This document shows, piece after piece, positions 37,165 through 49,590 of a DNA stretch of 64,000 nucleotides; the stretch's first letter is position 1, and every line of letters begins with the position of its first letter. This stretch comes from Amoebophrya sp. A120. Lineage: Eukaryota; Protista; Dinoflagellata. Position numbers and translations under genes: made by a program. The stretch lies in assembly GCA_905178155.1 (NCBI GenBank), contig CAJINV010000005.1, positions 8,596,019 to 8,660,018 on the forward strand, read 5' to 3'. The notes under the pieces are model-generated. The model worked only from the letters and a program-made list of their open reading frames with translations, was not told where the DNA came from and did not search any database.

Positions 37165-38163
37165 TATCAACTGTAAAAATGTCTGGGTCTGGAAGAATCC
37201 AACTTGTCATGCTGATTTTGGATTCTAAAAAAAATCTGTATTGCATGAGCAGCAAAGAGAGTCCAAGTTTTGCTACACGGAAAGAGCATTTGCTACACGG
37301 GGGTGCGCAAGAAACCACAACAGAGAAAAAGATCAAGCTCGGGTCGCGCGCGATGCTCGTCCCATTCGTTTTTTCCGACGGTTCACTTCCTTCATCAGGG
37401 CCTTGCTCAACCCTGGACCAGAACGAGTAGGACTAAGGACCCAAGAGGTAGGCACTGTAGCGGAAAGCTGGAGCAAAACTATTTTCTTGGAAAAAGAACC
37501 CAATAGGAGCCGACCTGCGTGGATGGTTACAAAACAGGTAGCTTGGCCCCAAATGGCAATGATCATTGGGAGCAGCAGAGCGCAGCAGGACCCCGGGACT
37601 GCAACAGCTCACCCCTGTTTTAGCTTAGAAATACGCAGTGCGCCGAGTATGCCACTACCTCGACCCCTCAAGAAAAGAAGTAGCCCCCCCAACTACACAC
37701 TCGCCGTCCGCGATCAGGATGCGATGCGTACTAACCAACATTGTGCGAACCGAGATCCCGCGGGGCACAGGGTCTGGGCGGCTCGAAGCAGAACGCGCAG
37801 CACAAGCGGGAGACAATACATCCAAAGGTGGGGATGGTCTCAGGTCGTTCAGGTCCGCCAAGGGTTGCGTCTCGCTATCAGGGTTTCGCCAACTCCGTGG
37901 GGGCGTTGCGGGTATCTCCCTAAAACACCAAAACCGGCACAAATTGGGCCGGCAGTCCGGGTAATTGCTCACCGAACGGCTTGTATGGCGAATAAGGTGC
38001 TCGACGAAGGAAGAAGTAAGCATGTAAGGAGCACCTCCGGTTGGTAGAGCAATCGGCTACCGAGGCACGTCAGGGGGCGTCGCTACTTCAATTCAATTCA
38101 ATGCAAAATGTGCATGACAAACCTGGCAATCTGTTCCAGACCCAGACATATTTGCATTTGATA
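37165..38163. mobile_element. 999-bp family A introner carrying about 0.75 kb of extra sequence
   Basis: Family A TIRs at both ends; repeat CGGGA/CGGGA. Confidence 0.85.
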
Positions 38164-39997
38164 CGGGACGCGAAGGAACAACAACGGAAAAAAGACCTGG
38201 AAGTTCTGGAGAGCGAGTTCGCCAAATTGACGAAAGAGTTGGAGCAGCTGCAGCATTACGCACTGGCACCGCAAAAGCATCGTATAAGTCCGATACTCGT
38301 AGACCACTATAACACTGGTCGCGCAGTACAATTCTTTGGACAAAAAATGGAATTTGTCATGCTGACGCTGTGCTATTTTTATTTCGCAATAAAACCCGCA
38401 GATCATGATCTTCATCGTCATATGCTGTATCTACTGTCATGCTACAATTACTGCGATTGTTATGACGAGTCTTACTTGTGCGGTACTTTTGCACAGGATG
38501 AAAAGCGGGAAGCGAAGGAGGAATGGCAATTGCTTGACGAGGAACAGGATCCCGCCATGCGGCAACTTTTCCAGCAGTCCGCGTCTTCTTCTTCTTCTCG
38601 GACTCGCGGCAATTCATCAAAAGCACGGCGGAACATGAGAAGTACTAAATAGAACTCAGTCTGTAAGGACAACTACGATGCGTCTCTTTTGCCAACAACT
38701 TCTGGCACTTTCATCAAAAAGGAGATCATGTCTAGCAGTATTGGCACTGACCGTGTAGTGGAAAATTATCGAGGATGAACAAAATCTAAGTCACCCTTTC
38801 GCACGAAAGAACCGCAGTCGTGGTAGTGATTCCTGCAACAGTACTGCACTTTTTTTTTTACTGGGTAGAAATTACTTCTTTTCTACTTCTCGTGTTTTAT
38901 CTTCTTTTCTTTACCCGGTGAGAGCCTAGTAGTACGCAAGTGAAGATCATGGACATTATCATTATACATAAGTGATCGACAGTATTTTTGGAAATCGCAT
39001 CAAAATCAAAGAGCAGTACGAGGGCGCGCCAAGCACGCACGTACGAAAGAAGCGGCATTTCGATTTTCATTGAAGAAAAAGAAATAATCACTGTCAGTTG
39101 AAAAACGAGAACGGTTGTAATTCTAATTTTGGCGTAGCTTCTGCAGCGCCAACATTTCAAATTTATCGAATGATAAACTAAAACAGACACAGATTCCCAG
39201 TATGAATTGAAAACTCTACTTTCGGAATTTCAGGATGAGCATAGAGTAAAAGTAATGGCGGGAGCGTAAAGATTCACTGCGGTTAAAGAATTCAATATAC
39301 AAAAAAAGCACGTACGTGCCTTATCTATCAGTCGAAGTAGTTTTGAAGGAAGAACCAAGTAGTTTTGAAAGAAGAAGTAGTTTTGAAGGAAGGAAGTACT
39401 TTGACAGCAATTATCTCCAAGAACAGCTGCAGTTGCACTTTATTATTAAGATTCCTACAACTCAAAATGCGCGAGCGCGCTAAGAAAGATAGAATCCGTC
39501 GTTGTTCAAAAACAGAAAACGCAATACAAATTACTACTAGTTACAGAAAGTGCTTACCTCCGAAAGTGCTTACCCCTCTACTACGCCTCGGTGTAGCAGA
39601 AGCAAGTTGCGACTTCAGATTTTTGTATTTGAACGCAACAAAACCTAAGATCATCCCAAAAACTACGCTTTAGACCACACAAAGAAGCAAGCAAGTTAGA
39701 CGATCGGAACCCGAACACAAAAACTAAAAAATCTACTACTACGACGGTCGAGCTGATGAAGCGTTGTTTCGCGCCAAAAACGAAATGCGTAACTTTGTCT
39801 TGCTACAGGTGACAGGAGGAATAAGCAGCAGTCATTACAAGACTACAAGGATTGCATCTCTAACGAATGAAAGTGGCTCGCATGCATGTTCTCCGTCGTA
39901 TGAGTATCGTTATGTGCGTATCTTGTCTTCGTTTGTTTTTGTGAGTACAAAGTGTCTCCGGAATCCAATTCCACTACCAAGATGAACAATTAGCTTT

Positions 39998-40291
39998 TTT
40001 GAAAGTCGACAAAGTTGGAATGATTTCTCATGCAGAAATTCCAAGGCATGAAGTGCCTCTCTTTCAGGGATGGAAAGTGAGGCCGACTGTCGGCCCGTTT
40101 GGGATCTGCGATAGAGCTGCTAAAGTAGCATGACAAAAGACGCCTCCTTTCCCTAAACAGCGCGACAAACTGGATGTAGGCGATGCGGAAATTTGTCATG
40201 CACCGCTTGGAAATTGGGCTTCCAACTGGTATCGATTTTATGCATCGCAGATTATTTCAACTTTGACGATTTCGGTCCTGACACTTCCATA
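39998..40291. mobile_element. family C introner with truncated left end, intergenic
   Basis: Right end GATTTCGGTCCTGACACTTCCATA; body similar to 27317-27640. Confidence 0.7.
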
Positions 40292-42452
40292 TGAAAAACG
40301 AGAACGGTAGACATAGAAGATTTATGGAAAAGAACAGAAATGTGAGGGCGCACGGAGAAGGGCAACAAGTGCTAGTTTTTATTTCCATCAAAAAAATAAA
40401 ATTATCATGCTTTCGTTTGCAACGCCAACAGTATTATTTATTCAAATTTATTTTTTATAATTTGACTCATGCTTATTTTGATGAAGTTGAAAACGCGCAC
40501 TCAAATAGGACCTAAGAGTTAGAGTGAGGCTACTAAGGCGAGCATTATTACTATTCGCCCTCGAAAAAGAAGAAGAACCGTTGGCACTGTAGTATGTGTA
40601 TGGGAGTCGTGCGAGGAAGTTGTAGGTAGTAGTACAACTTCTATGCCTGCTACAGAATAGAAGTTGAAGGATTTATTTCCCTGATATAATCGGGGCGTCC
40701 ACGACCGAGATGAGCAGTTTAGTTTTTTGGCAGGAGCAACACCATATTAGTCATGGAATCAGTAGCACCATGGTCGTGGCAGTACTTGTTCTCAAGAGGC
40801 GGAAGTGTTCGCAGCAGGAGTATTCTTATTCATCTTCGACCGGTGTCATTTATTTGGTGCGTGCAACTACTGCCCTCCACGTACAAGAAGGCGCACTAGT
40901 TTCATTGTTGGGGGCTAATACCACGACGTCGGCGCCTAGGTCTACAGTGTGTTGCTACTGGAAATAAAGCAGAGTTTATTCCTCCTCCTCCTCCTACTGG
41001 AAATAAAGCACGCTGTAGTAGATCATGTCGTTGTCGATGTGCTACGAGTACGACGTCGCACTAGAAGATCAAATCGGTAGTGGCTGGAGCCGTCTTTGCA
41101 ATAAAAATGTGTACTGTGCTGTAAGGGATCCTGGGAATCGGTTGAAAATCAAAGGTTATGCGCAGGCGTAGTTCAGGCGCAGGATTTATACCAAGATCAA
41201 AATCACAAGTGTTGTGTTGAAAAGATCATGATCACAGTAGACCTCTTCTTTACACGACATCACCATCAGCAGTACGAGGGCGCACCAAGCACGCACGTAC
41301 AGCTGAAAAACGAGCATGGTAGAGGACATTGAAGATTTATGGAAAAGAACAGCAATGTGAAGGCGTTGTACGGGGAAGCAGAAGGGCAACAAGTGCTAGT
41401 TTTTTTCATCATGAAGAAGGCCGTCTTGTTGCATTTGTATTACAGCACTATCCCAGCTCTGTGGTGATAATTATCTGGTAAGAACCCAAAGAATTACAAT
41501 AAATTCGATGCTCTACTCCGTCGTAGCAGATGTTGTGTGGAAAAGGATCTTGCGCTGGCACAGGTCGTCGCATAAGCCGACCTTGAAGCTGATAATGGTG
41601 ATTATAGAAGACGTTGGGTCTTTATCAGCAACAGCATGGTGATGAAATAATTCGAGAGGAGGAGTGTGGTGGATATTCTTGTTCATCGCAAACAAATCCA
41701 GGTATGGTAATATTCACAAAAATAGACCATCACACTGTACTCACGCAAAGTATAGCTCATGTCGAGGTGCTACTAAACTAAAACGCGTTCTTGTATGTTT
41801 AGAACGCGAAGATCATGTGGCTGGGGTCGATGCGCCGTGACGCACGAGAATATAATCTTCAAATCGGTAGTCGCTCTCGCTGGTGGAGGTGCACTTCCTG
41901 CAATACAAATGTGTAGTACTCTGTGCTGTAAGGAAAAGGGCAACTCGGTTGAGAATCAAAGTTCATGCACAGGCACTGTGCAGGTTCAGAATGAAACAGG
42001 ATCAAAATCCGAAATGCTTCGTTGAAAAGATCATCTTCACAAACCTGCTCTATACACCCACGTCGGTTCTTTGAAAAATTCAGATTGTGGTGTCACCCGT
42101 CGCTCCTGTCTTGTCAGAAAAGATCAATGGACCACAACAAGGACGCTCAGATCATAGATCAATCTATCAGAAGCTCGTGACGCGACCTCCAATTACAGGC
42201 ACTTGTAAAACATCTAGTCTACTATAGACGAACTCACGCATACCTTTACGCTCCTCCAAAGTAGCACAAAACCTCTCGTCCCAACAACTAGCACAAAACT
42301 TATCAGTATCGGCCTGCTCCTGTAAGTAGTAGCACAATCAACTACTCACCGCATCAAAAGCTGTCTGCAAGACGTTGTAAGAAGTTTTCTGCATATATTT
42401 TACGCCTTTTTGGCTCGTCGTTGTCGTCCTCCCACCGATAGCAAAAAGCAAA

Positions 42453-45227
42453 ATGTTGCGCTCCATGGTCTTCCCCACCTCGCGCGGAGGTGCAGTGTTT
42501 ATTTCTCTTTGCGCTGTTCTTTTCGCCGGGCAGCATTACAACTCCGTCCAGGCTGTCACGTTGCGTGCGTCATCTGCCTCGCCATCTGCAGATCCTGACC
42601 TCGCCTACATGCCCCCTGAGATGATGGAACAATACAGGCAATACCAATACCAAGAAAACCAAAAGATATCAACGGCAAATGTGCGTGGTTCTGGAATAAG
42701 AAGAATGCAGAAGACATTTGTGACGCGCCAGTTTTTCCGTCGTGACACAGGCCTATTAGTATCACAGGTTTATAATAACATGAGTCGATGTGACTAGAGT
42801 CCAAATGTCTAATCCGCATGAAAAATTGCGCCCTCTTGCGGTGACATTAAGTAGGCGCGTTTAAATTTTGACGCTGGCCATGCATGACAGATTTTGACAT
42901 GATGGAAAATTCGTATACACAAAAATAGCATCTTCATTCCAGACCGAGGCTACATATTTGCGACGCATAACCGTGGCAGCCCGTAACACATTCTGACCTT
43001 GATAAGTATCATGCGTAAACAAAACGTCCCCACGTCGGCTGCACAGTGAAGATGGAAATTCCGATGCACAAAGCAACAAGCCTTGGCTCATGAGTACAGT
43101 TTTAAGCTGATGGGACGAGGACCATTTGCATCGTGTGTAGCTGCTAGTGATCAAGCCGCATCACAAAAGATGATCGATCACCCTGGTCTGATTCTAGCAT
43201 GACAAACTTGACGTATCAGACAGCATGGGAAAAAAAAATGCTCCTCATGGGGCAGGGGCTGCGCAGTGAGACATTTTAGGCATGCAGATTTGTCGAAGAC
43301 AACAAAGCTGCAGTGGGGACGTTTTTACGCAGGATAAGGAGACCTATTTGGTCCACCACCACCCCGATCCGGCGCTCCGGGCGCTCCGGCGCCAATTCCC
43401 CGGCAACAAGATCGTGAAAAAGGAAGTGGACGAGGGCACCCTTATAAGTGCAACCCCAATCGAACCTACAGAGGAGTCTGCCCTAGTGAAGAAGGAGCTG
43501 GAACAACTCCGTGACGACATCGCCAAAGCATCGCGATCATTGCCAAAGCCGGAAGAGCTACGTGATACAAGCAAAGTGGACAAGGAGCTAGAAGAACTCC
43601 GTCAACGCCTTCCCAAAGAATCGGCGGAGCTGGAAAAACTAAGTGCTGCGTATCAACTGCAAACATTTCGGGTCTGGGACGAGAATGCGAGATTTCGATT
43701 TGTCATGCTAGTCTGGCATGACTCTGAGCTCTGTGTTGCATTCCCGCGAAGAGCTCCTCCTCCCTGTCATGCAAAAACGCACTTTGTCATGCGGAATAAG
43801 AATATTACGCAACTCAGAACCATGAAAAAAACTTCAACTTGTCATGCTTGGCAGCGCATCATAGTGAAAGAATTCACTACTCCCTTTCTTGCATTACAAG
43901 TTAGTTTAATATTCCAGACCCAGACATATTTACAATGCATACTGAGGCGAAACAATCACAAAAGATTCACGCACGTACTGAAATGATGCCATATGAATCC
44001 GTTCGGGCGGATTGGAAGAAGGCACAAGAACAGCAAGAACTCGTGAAAAAACTCGAGACGCAGGAGGCCGAATTGGCGAAAAAATTGAGGCAGCTGCAAG
44101 ATTACAATTCGAACGTGTTGAGGCAGCGGCAAGATTACGCAGTGCAAAAGCATCGTATAAATTCGAGACAGAGACTCGTACTAGACCACTACAAGAACAT
44201 TGGTCACGCAGTATAGTTTTTTAGACAAAAAATGAAATTTGTTATGCTGTTGCTGTGCTATTTTTTCGCAATATTAAAAAAACAGCAGATGATGATCATG
44301 ATGATGATCTTCATGTACTGATGTGTCTGTCATGCTGCAAATACTGCGATTGTTGCGACGAGCCTTACTTGTATACGGTACTTTTGCACAGGATGAAAAG
44401 AGGGAAGCGGCGGAACAAGACCGGAAATATAACCTGAAAGAACTGGAGAGCCAGCAGGCCAAATTGACGATACAGTTGAAGCAGCTGCGACATTACGCAC
44501 TGGCACCGCAAAAGCATCGTATAAGTCCGATACTTCTCGTAGAAGACCACTACAACATAATTGGTCGCGCAGTACAATTTTTTGGACAAAAAATGGAATT
44601 TGTCATGCTGACGCTGTGCCATTTTTATATCGCAATAAAACTACAGCAGATGATCTTCATCGTCATATGCTGTATCTACTGTCATGCTACAAAAATTACT
44701 GTGATCATTGATTGTTGCGACGAGTGTTACTTGTGCGGTGCTTTTGCACAGGATGAAAAGAGGGAAGCGGCGGACGAAGGGGAATTGCCTGAGAAGGATC
44801 TCGCCCTGCGGCAGGAGGAGGAATGGCAATTGCTTGACGAGGAACAGTATGAATTGCAAATATGTCTGGGTCTCCTGGAAGATTGCAACTTGTCATGCTT
44901 TTAAATCTGAACCATGCAAGGTTCCGTGTTGCATGAGTGCCATCAAATGCTGTCCGCTTTCGAGTCTGGAGGGAGGGACTTTCTCATGCAGGATAGGCAT
45001 GTTGACAGTGACCTCACAGAGTCTGATGTCATGCTGTGTCCCGCATTTTTCCAGACCTCATGGGCGGTCATGGAAAACCTCCTGCATGACAAGTCTACAC
45101 TCCTCCAGACCCAGACATTTTTACATTTGATAAACAGGATTCCGCCATGCGGGAACTTTTCCAGCAGGCTCGCGGCAAGTCATCTTCAAAAGCACGGCGG
45201 GAGGGCAAGAAGAGAAGTACTAAATAG
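42453..45227 (+). CDS. secreted coiled-coil protein gene, paralogue B
   Basis: Signal peptide MLRSMVFPTSRGGAVFISLCAVLFAG; in frame after removing 42667-42969, 43007-43336, 43651-43941, 44136-44395, (44494-44755) and 44848-45132, each plus 5 nt; ends ...KARREGKKRSTK*. Confidence 0.72.
44848..45132. mobile_element. introner family A, absent from paralogue A
   Basis: Repeat AACAG/AACAG; single AACAG at the homologous site 38543-38547. Confidence 0.92.
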
Positions 45228-45929
45228 AAGAACTCAGTAGTCGGTGCTGCCAACTACGATGCGTCTCTTTCGCCAAAAACTTGTTCTGGCACTTTCATCA
45301 AAAAGGAGATCATGTCTAGCAGTATTTTTGGCACTGACCGCGTAGTGGAAAATTATCGAGGATGAACAAAATCTAAGTCACCCTTTCGCATAAAACCGCA
45401 GTCGTGGTAGTGATTCCTGCAACAGTACTGCACTTTTTTTTTTACTGGGTAGAAATTACTTCTTTTCTACTTCTCGCATTTTATGTTCTTTTCTTTACCC
45501 GGTGAGAGCCTAGTAGTACGCAAGTGAAGATCATGGACATTATCATTATANATTACTTCTTTTCTACTTCTCGCATTTTATGTTCTTTTCTTTACCCGGT
45601 GAGAGCCTAGTAGTACGCAAGTGAAGATCATGGACATTATCATTATATTTATAAGTTTTGATCGACAGTATTTATATTTTTGGAAATCGCATCAAAATCA
45701 GACAGCAGTACGAGGGCGCACTAAGCACGCACGTACGTTTTGCGAGAACTACGCCAACATTACAGCCGTGCGTTTTGAATTCAGTTTTTTTTTGGCATTA
45801 TTTTCAAAAGAGACCCTGACGCTGTGAGACCCAAACCAGCGAAACACGACGGCAGCGTGGTTTTTTTGTGTTTCGAATGACGGGAAAAAAATAAGCATAC
45901 CGTCGTGATTTCGATTTGTGTGTTTTTTT

Positions 45930-46680
45930 GGGGGATCCGCCCGTTCCCCGGGGATCCGCCCGCTGCCCGGGGATCCGCCTTCGCCCAGGGGATCCGCCCG
46001 CTCCCCGGGGGTCCGCCTTCGCCCAGGGGATCCGCCCGCTTCCCGGGGATCCGCCTTCCCCCAGGGGATCCGCCCGCTCCCCGGGGATCCGCCCGCTCCC
46101 CCCGGGGACCCGCCCGTTCCCCGGGGATCCGCCTTCGCCCAGGGGATCCGCCGGCCCGCTACTCGGGGATCCGCCTTCGCCCAGGAGCCCGCCCATTCCC
46201 CGGGGATCCGGGTTCGCGCAGGGGATCCGCCCGCTCCCCGGGGAGTCGCCTTCGCGCAGGGAATCCCTCCGCCCATTCCCCGGGGATCCGCCCGCTCCCC
46301 GGGGATCCGCCTTCCCCCAGGGGATCCGCCCGCTCCCCGAGGATCCGCCTTCGCCCAGGGGATCCGCCCGTTACTCGGGGATCCGCCCGGCTCCCCGGGG
46401 ATCCGCCCGTTCCCCGGGGATCCGCCCGCGCCCCGAGGATCCGCCCGCTTCCCGGGGATCCGCCTTCGCCCGGGGGATCCGCCTTCGCCAAGGGGATCCG
46501 CCCGTTACTCGGGGATCCGCCCGTTCCCCGGGGGTCCGCCCGCTTCCCGGGGATCCGCCCGCGCCCCGAGGATCCGCCCGCTTCCCGGGGATCCGCCTTC
46601 GCCCGGGGGATCCACCCTCGCCCCCGGGGGGTCCGCCCTCGCTTCGGGGGGTCCGCCCTTTCCCCGGGGAAATCCTCCCG
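45930..46680. repeat. GC-rich minisatellite, about 19-20 bp units with GGGGATCCGCC core
   Basis: Dozens of GGGGATCCGCC(CG/TT) units. Confidence 0.95.
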
Positions 46681-46714
46681 GCTGGGGTAGTGCGTACCAC
46701 GGGAGAACGGGCTC

Positions 46715-49590
46715 CGGAGGAATCCTCTCCGGAATCCCCTCCCGAAATCGACGCTGTGCCGCCGGGGAAAGACCGCGAAGGACGGCGCCAATCCGGTCAG
46801 AGGATTCCGGAGAGGATTTCGGAATCCTCTCCGGAATCCTCTGTGGAATCCTCCTCCGAAATCGAGGTCGTGCCGTCGGGGAAAGGGCGCCAAAGACGGC
46901 TCAACTTGGGCCAGAGGATTCCGGAGAGGATTTGGGAATCCTCTCCGGAATCCTCTGCGGAATCCTCCCCCGAAATCGAGGCCGTGCCGTCGGGGAAAGG
47001 GCGCCCAAGACGGCTCAACTTGGGCCAGAGGATTCCGGAGAGGAAAGGGCGCGAAACACGGCTCAACTTGGGCCAGAGGATTCCGGAGAGGATTTTGGAA
47101 TCCTCTCCGGAATCCTCTGTGGAATCCTCCCCCGAAATCGAGGCCGTGCCGTCGGGGAAAGGGCGCCAAAGACGGCTCAACTTGGGCCAGAGGATTCCGG
47201 AGAGGAAAGGGCGCGAAACACGGCTCAACTTGGGCCAGAGGATTCCGGAGAGGATTTTGGAATCCTCTCCGGAATCCTCTGTGGAATCCTCCCCCGAAAT
47301 CGAGGCCGTGCCGTCGGGAAAAGGGCGCGTCGCGAAAGACGGCTCAACTTGGGCCAGAGGATTCCGGAGAGGATTTTGGAATCCTCTCCGGAATCCTCTG
47401 TGGAATCCTCCCCCGAAATCGAGGCCGTGCCGTCGGGGAAAGGGCGCCAAAGACGGCTCAACTTGGGCCAGAGGATTCCGGAGAGGAAAGGGCGCGAAAC
47501 ACGGCTCAACTTGGGCCAGAGGATTCCGGAGAGGATTTTGGAATCCTCTCCGGAATCCTCTGTGGAATCCTCCCCCGAAATCGAGGCCGTGCCGTCGGGG
47601 AAAGGGCGCCAAAGACGGCTCAACTTGGGCCAGAGGATTCCGGAGAGGAAAGGGCGCGAAACACGGCTCAACTTGGGCCAGAGGATTCCGGAGAGGATTT
47701 TGGAATCCTCTCCGGAATCCTCTGTGGAATCCTCCCCCGAAATCGAGGTCGTGCCGTCGGGAAAAGGGCGCGTCGCAAAAGACGGCTCAACTTGGGCCAG
47801 AGGATTCCGGAGAGGATTTGGGAATCCTCTCCGGAATCCTCTGCGGAATCCTCCCCCGAAATCGAGGCCGTGCCGTCGGGGAAAGGGCGCCAAAGACGGC
47901 TCAACTTGGGCCAGAGGATTCCGGAGAGGAAAGGGCGCGAAACACGGCTCAACTTGGGCCAGAGGATTCCGGAGAGGATTTTGGAATCCTCTCCGGAATC
48001 CTCTGTGGAATCCTCCCCCGAAATCGAGGTCGTGCCGTCGGGAAAAGGGCGCGTCGCAAAAGACGGCTCAACTTGGGCCAGAGGATTCCGGAGAGGATTT
48101 GGGAATCCTCTCCGGAATCCTCTGCGGAATCCTCCCCCGAAATCGAGGCCGTGCCGTCGGGGAAAGGGCGCCAAAGACGGCTCAACTTGGGCCAGAGGAT
48201 TCCGGAGAGGAAAGGGCGCGAAACACGGCTCAACTTGGGCCAGAGGATTCCGGAGAGGATTTTGGAATCCTCTCCGGAATCCTCTGTGGAATCCTCCCCC
48301 GAAATCGAGGTCGTGCCGTCGGGAAAAGGGCGCGTCGCAAAAGACGGCTCAACTTGGGCCAGAGGATTCCGGAGAGGATTTGGGAATCCTCTCCGGAATC
48401 CTCTGCGGAATCCTCCCCCGAAATCGAGGCCGTGCCGTCGGGGAAAGGGCGCCAAAGACGGCTCAACTTGGGCCAGAGGATTCCGGAGAGGAAAGGGCGC
48501 GAAACACGGCTCAACTTGGGCCAGAGGATTCCGGAGAGGATTTTGGAATCCTCTCCGGAATCCTCTGTGGAATCCTCCCCCGAAATCGAGGTCGTGCCGT
48601 CGGGAAAAGGGCGCGTCGCAAAAGACGGCTCAACTTGGGCCAGAGGATTCCGGAGAGGATTTGGGAATCCTCTCCGGAATCCTCTGCGGAATCCTCCCCC
48701 GAAATCGAGGCCGTGCCGTCGGGGAAAGGGCGCCAAAGACGGCTCAACTTGGGCCAGAGGATTCCGGAGAGGAAAGGGCGCGAAACACGGCTCAACTTGG
48801 GCCAGAGGATTCCGGAGAGGATTTTGGAATCCTCTCCGGAATCCTCTGTGGAATCCTCCCCCGAAATCGAGGTCGTGCCGTCGGGAAAAGGGCGCGTCGC
48901 AAAAGACGGCTCAACTTGGGCCAGAGGATTCCGGAGAGGATTTGGGAATCCTCTCCGGAATCCTCTGCGGAATCCTCCCCCGAAATCGAGGCCGTGCCGT
49001 CGGGGAAAGGGCGCCAAAGACGGCTCAACTTGGGCCAGAGGATTCCGGAGAGGAAAGGGCGCGAAACACGGCTCAACTTGGGCCAGAGGATTCCGGAGAG
49101 GATTTTGGAATCCTCTCCGGAATCCTCTGTGGAATCCTCCCCCGAAATCGAGGTCGTGCCGTCGGGAAAAGGGCGCGTCGCAAAAGACGGCTCAACTTGG
49201 GCCAGAGGATTCCGGAGAGGATTTTGGAATCACTCTCCGGAATCCTCGGTGGAATCCTCCCCCGAAATCGAGGGAGTGCCGTCGGGGAAAGGGCGCCAAA
49301 GACGGGCCAACTTGGGCCAGGGGATTCCGGAGAGGATTTTGGAATCCTCTCCGGAATCCTCTGTGGAATCCTCCCCCGAAATCGAGGCAGTGCCGTCGGG
49401 GAAAGGGCGCGAAACACGGCTCAACTTGGGCCAGAGGATTCCGGAGAGGATTTTGGAATCCTCGCCGGCATCCTCTGTGGAATCCTCATCCGAAATCGAG
49501 GGCGTGCCGTCGGGAAAAGGGCGCGAAAGACGGCTCAACTTGGGCCAGAGGATTCCGGAGGGGCTTCCGGAATCCCCTCCGGAATCCTCC
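46715..49590. repeat. satellite with 281-bp higher-order period and palindromic subunits
   Basis: Minus-strand ORF ends recur at 47668, 47949, 48230, 48511, 48792 and 49073; GAGGATTCCGGAGAGGATT-N4-AATCCTCTCCGGAATCCTC in each subunit. Confidence 0.96.

Larger units (their letters stand above)
30624..38652 (+). pseudogene. secreted coiled-coil protein gene, paralogue A, disrupted by large insertions
   Basis: MLRSSMVLFSTSRGGAVFISLLCAVLIFAG signal peptide; exons at about 30624-30899, 34258-34415, 36760-37164 and 38169-38652 match paralogue B; insertions at 30900-34215 and about 34800-36750. Confidence 0.65.

Noticed and set aside
42404-42420. Relic dinoflagellate spliced leader (CCTTTTTGGCTC)
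   Set aside because: Only a short partial match to CCATTTTGGCTCAAG, and not conserved in paralogue A.
45455-45647. 96-bp tandem duplication around an N at 45551
   Set aside because: Typical unmerged contig overlap at a scaffold gap.
46715-49590. CRISPR-like palindromic repeat array
   Set aside because: Intervening sequences are themselves repeated with no unique spacers, there are no cas genes, and the context is eukaryotic.
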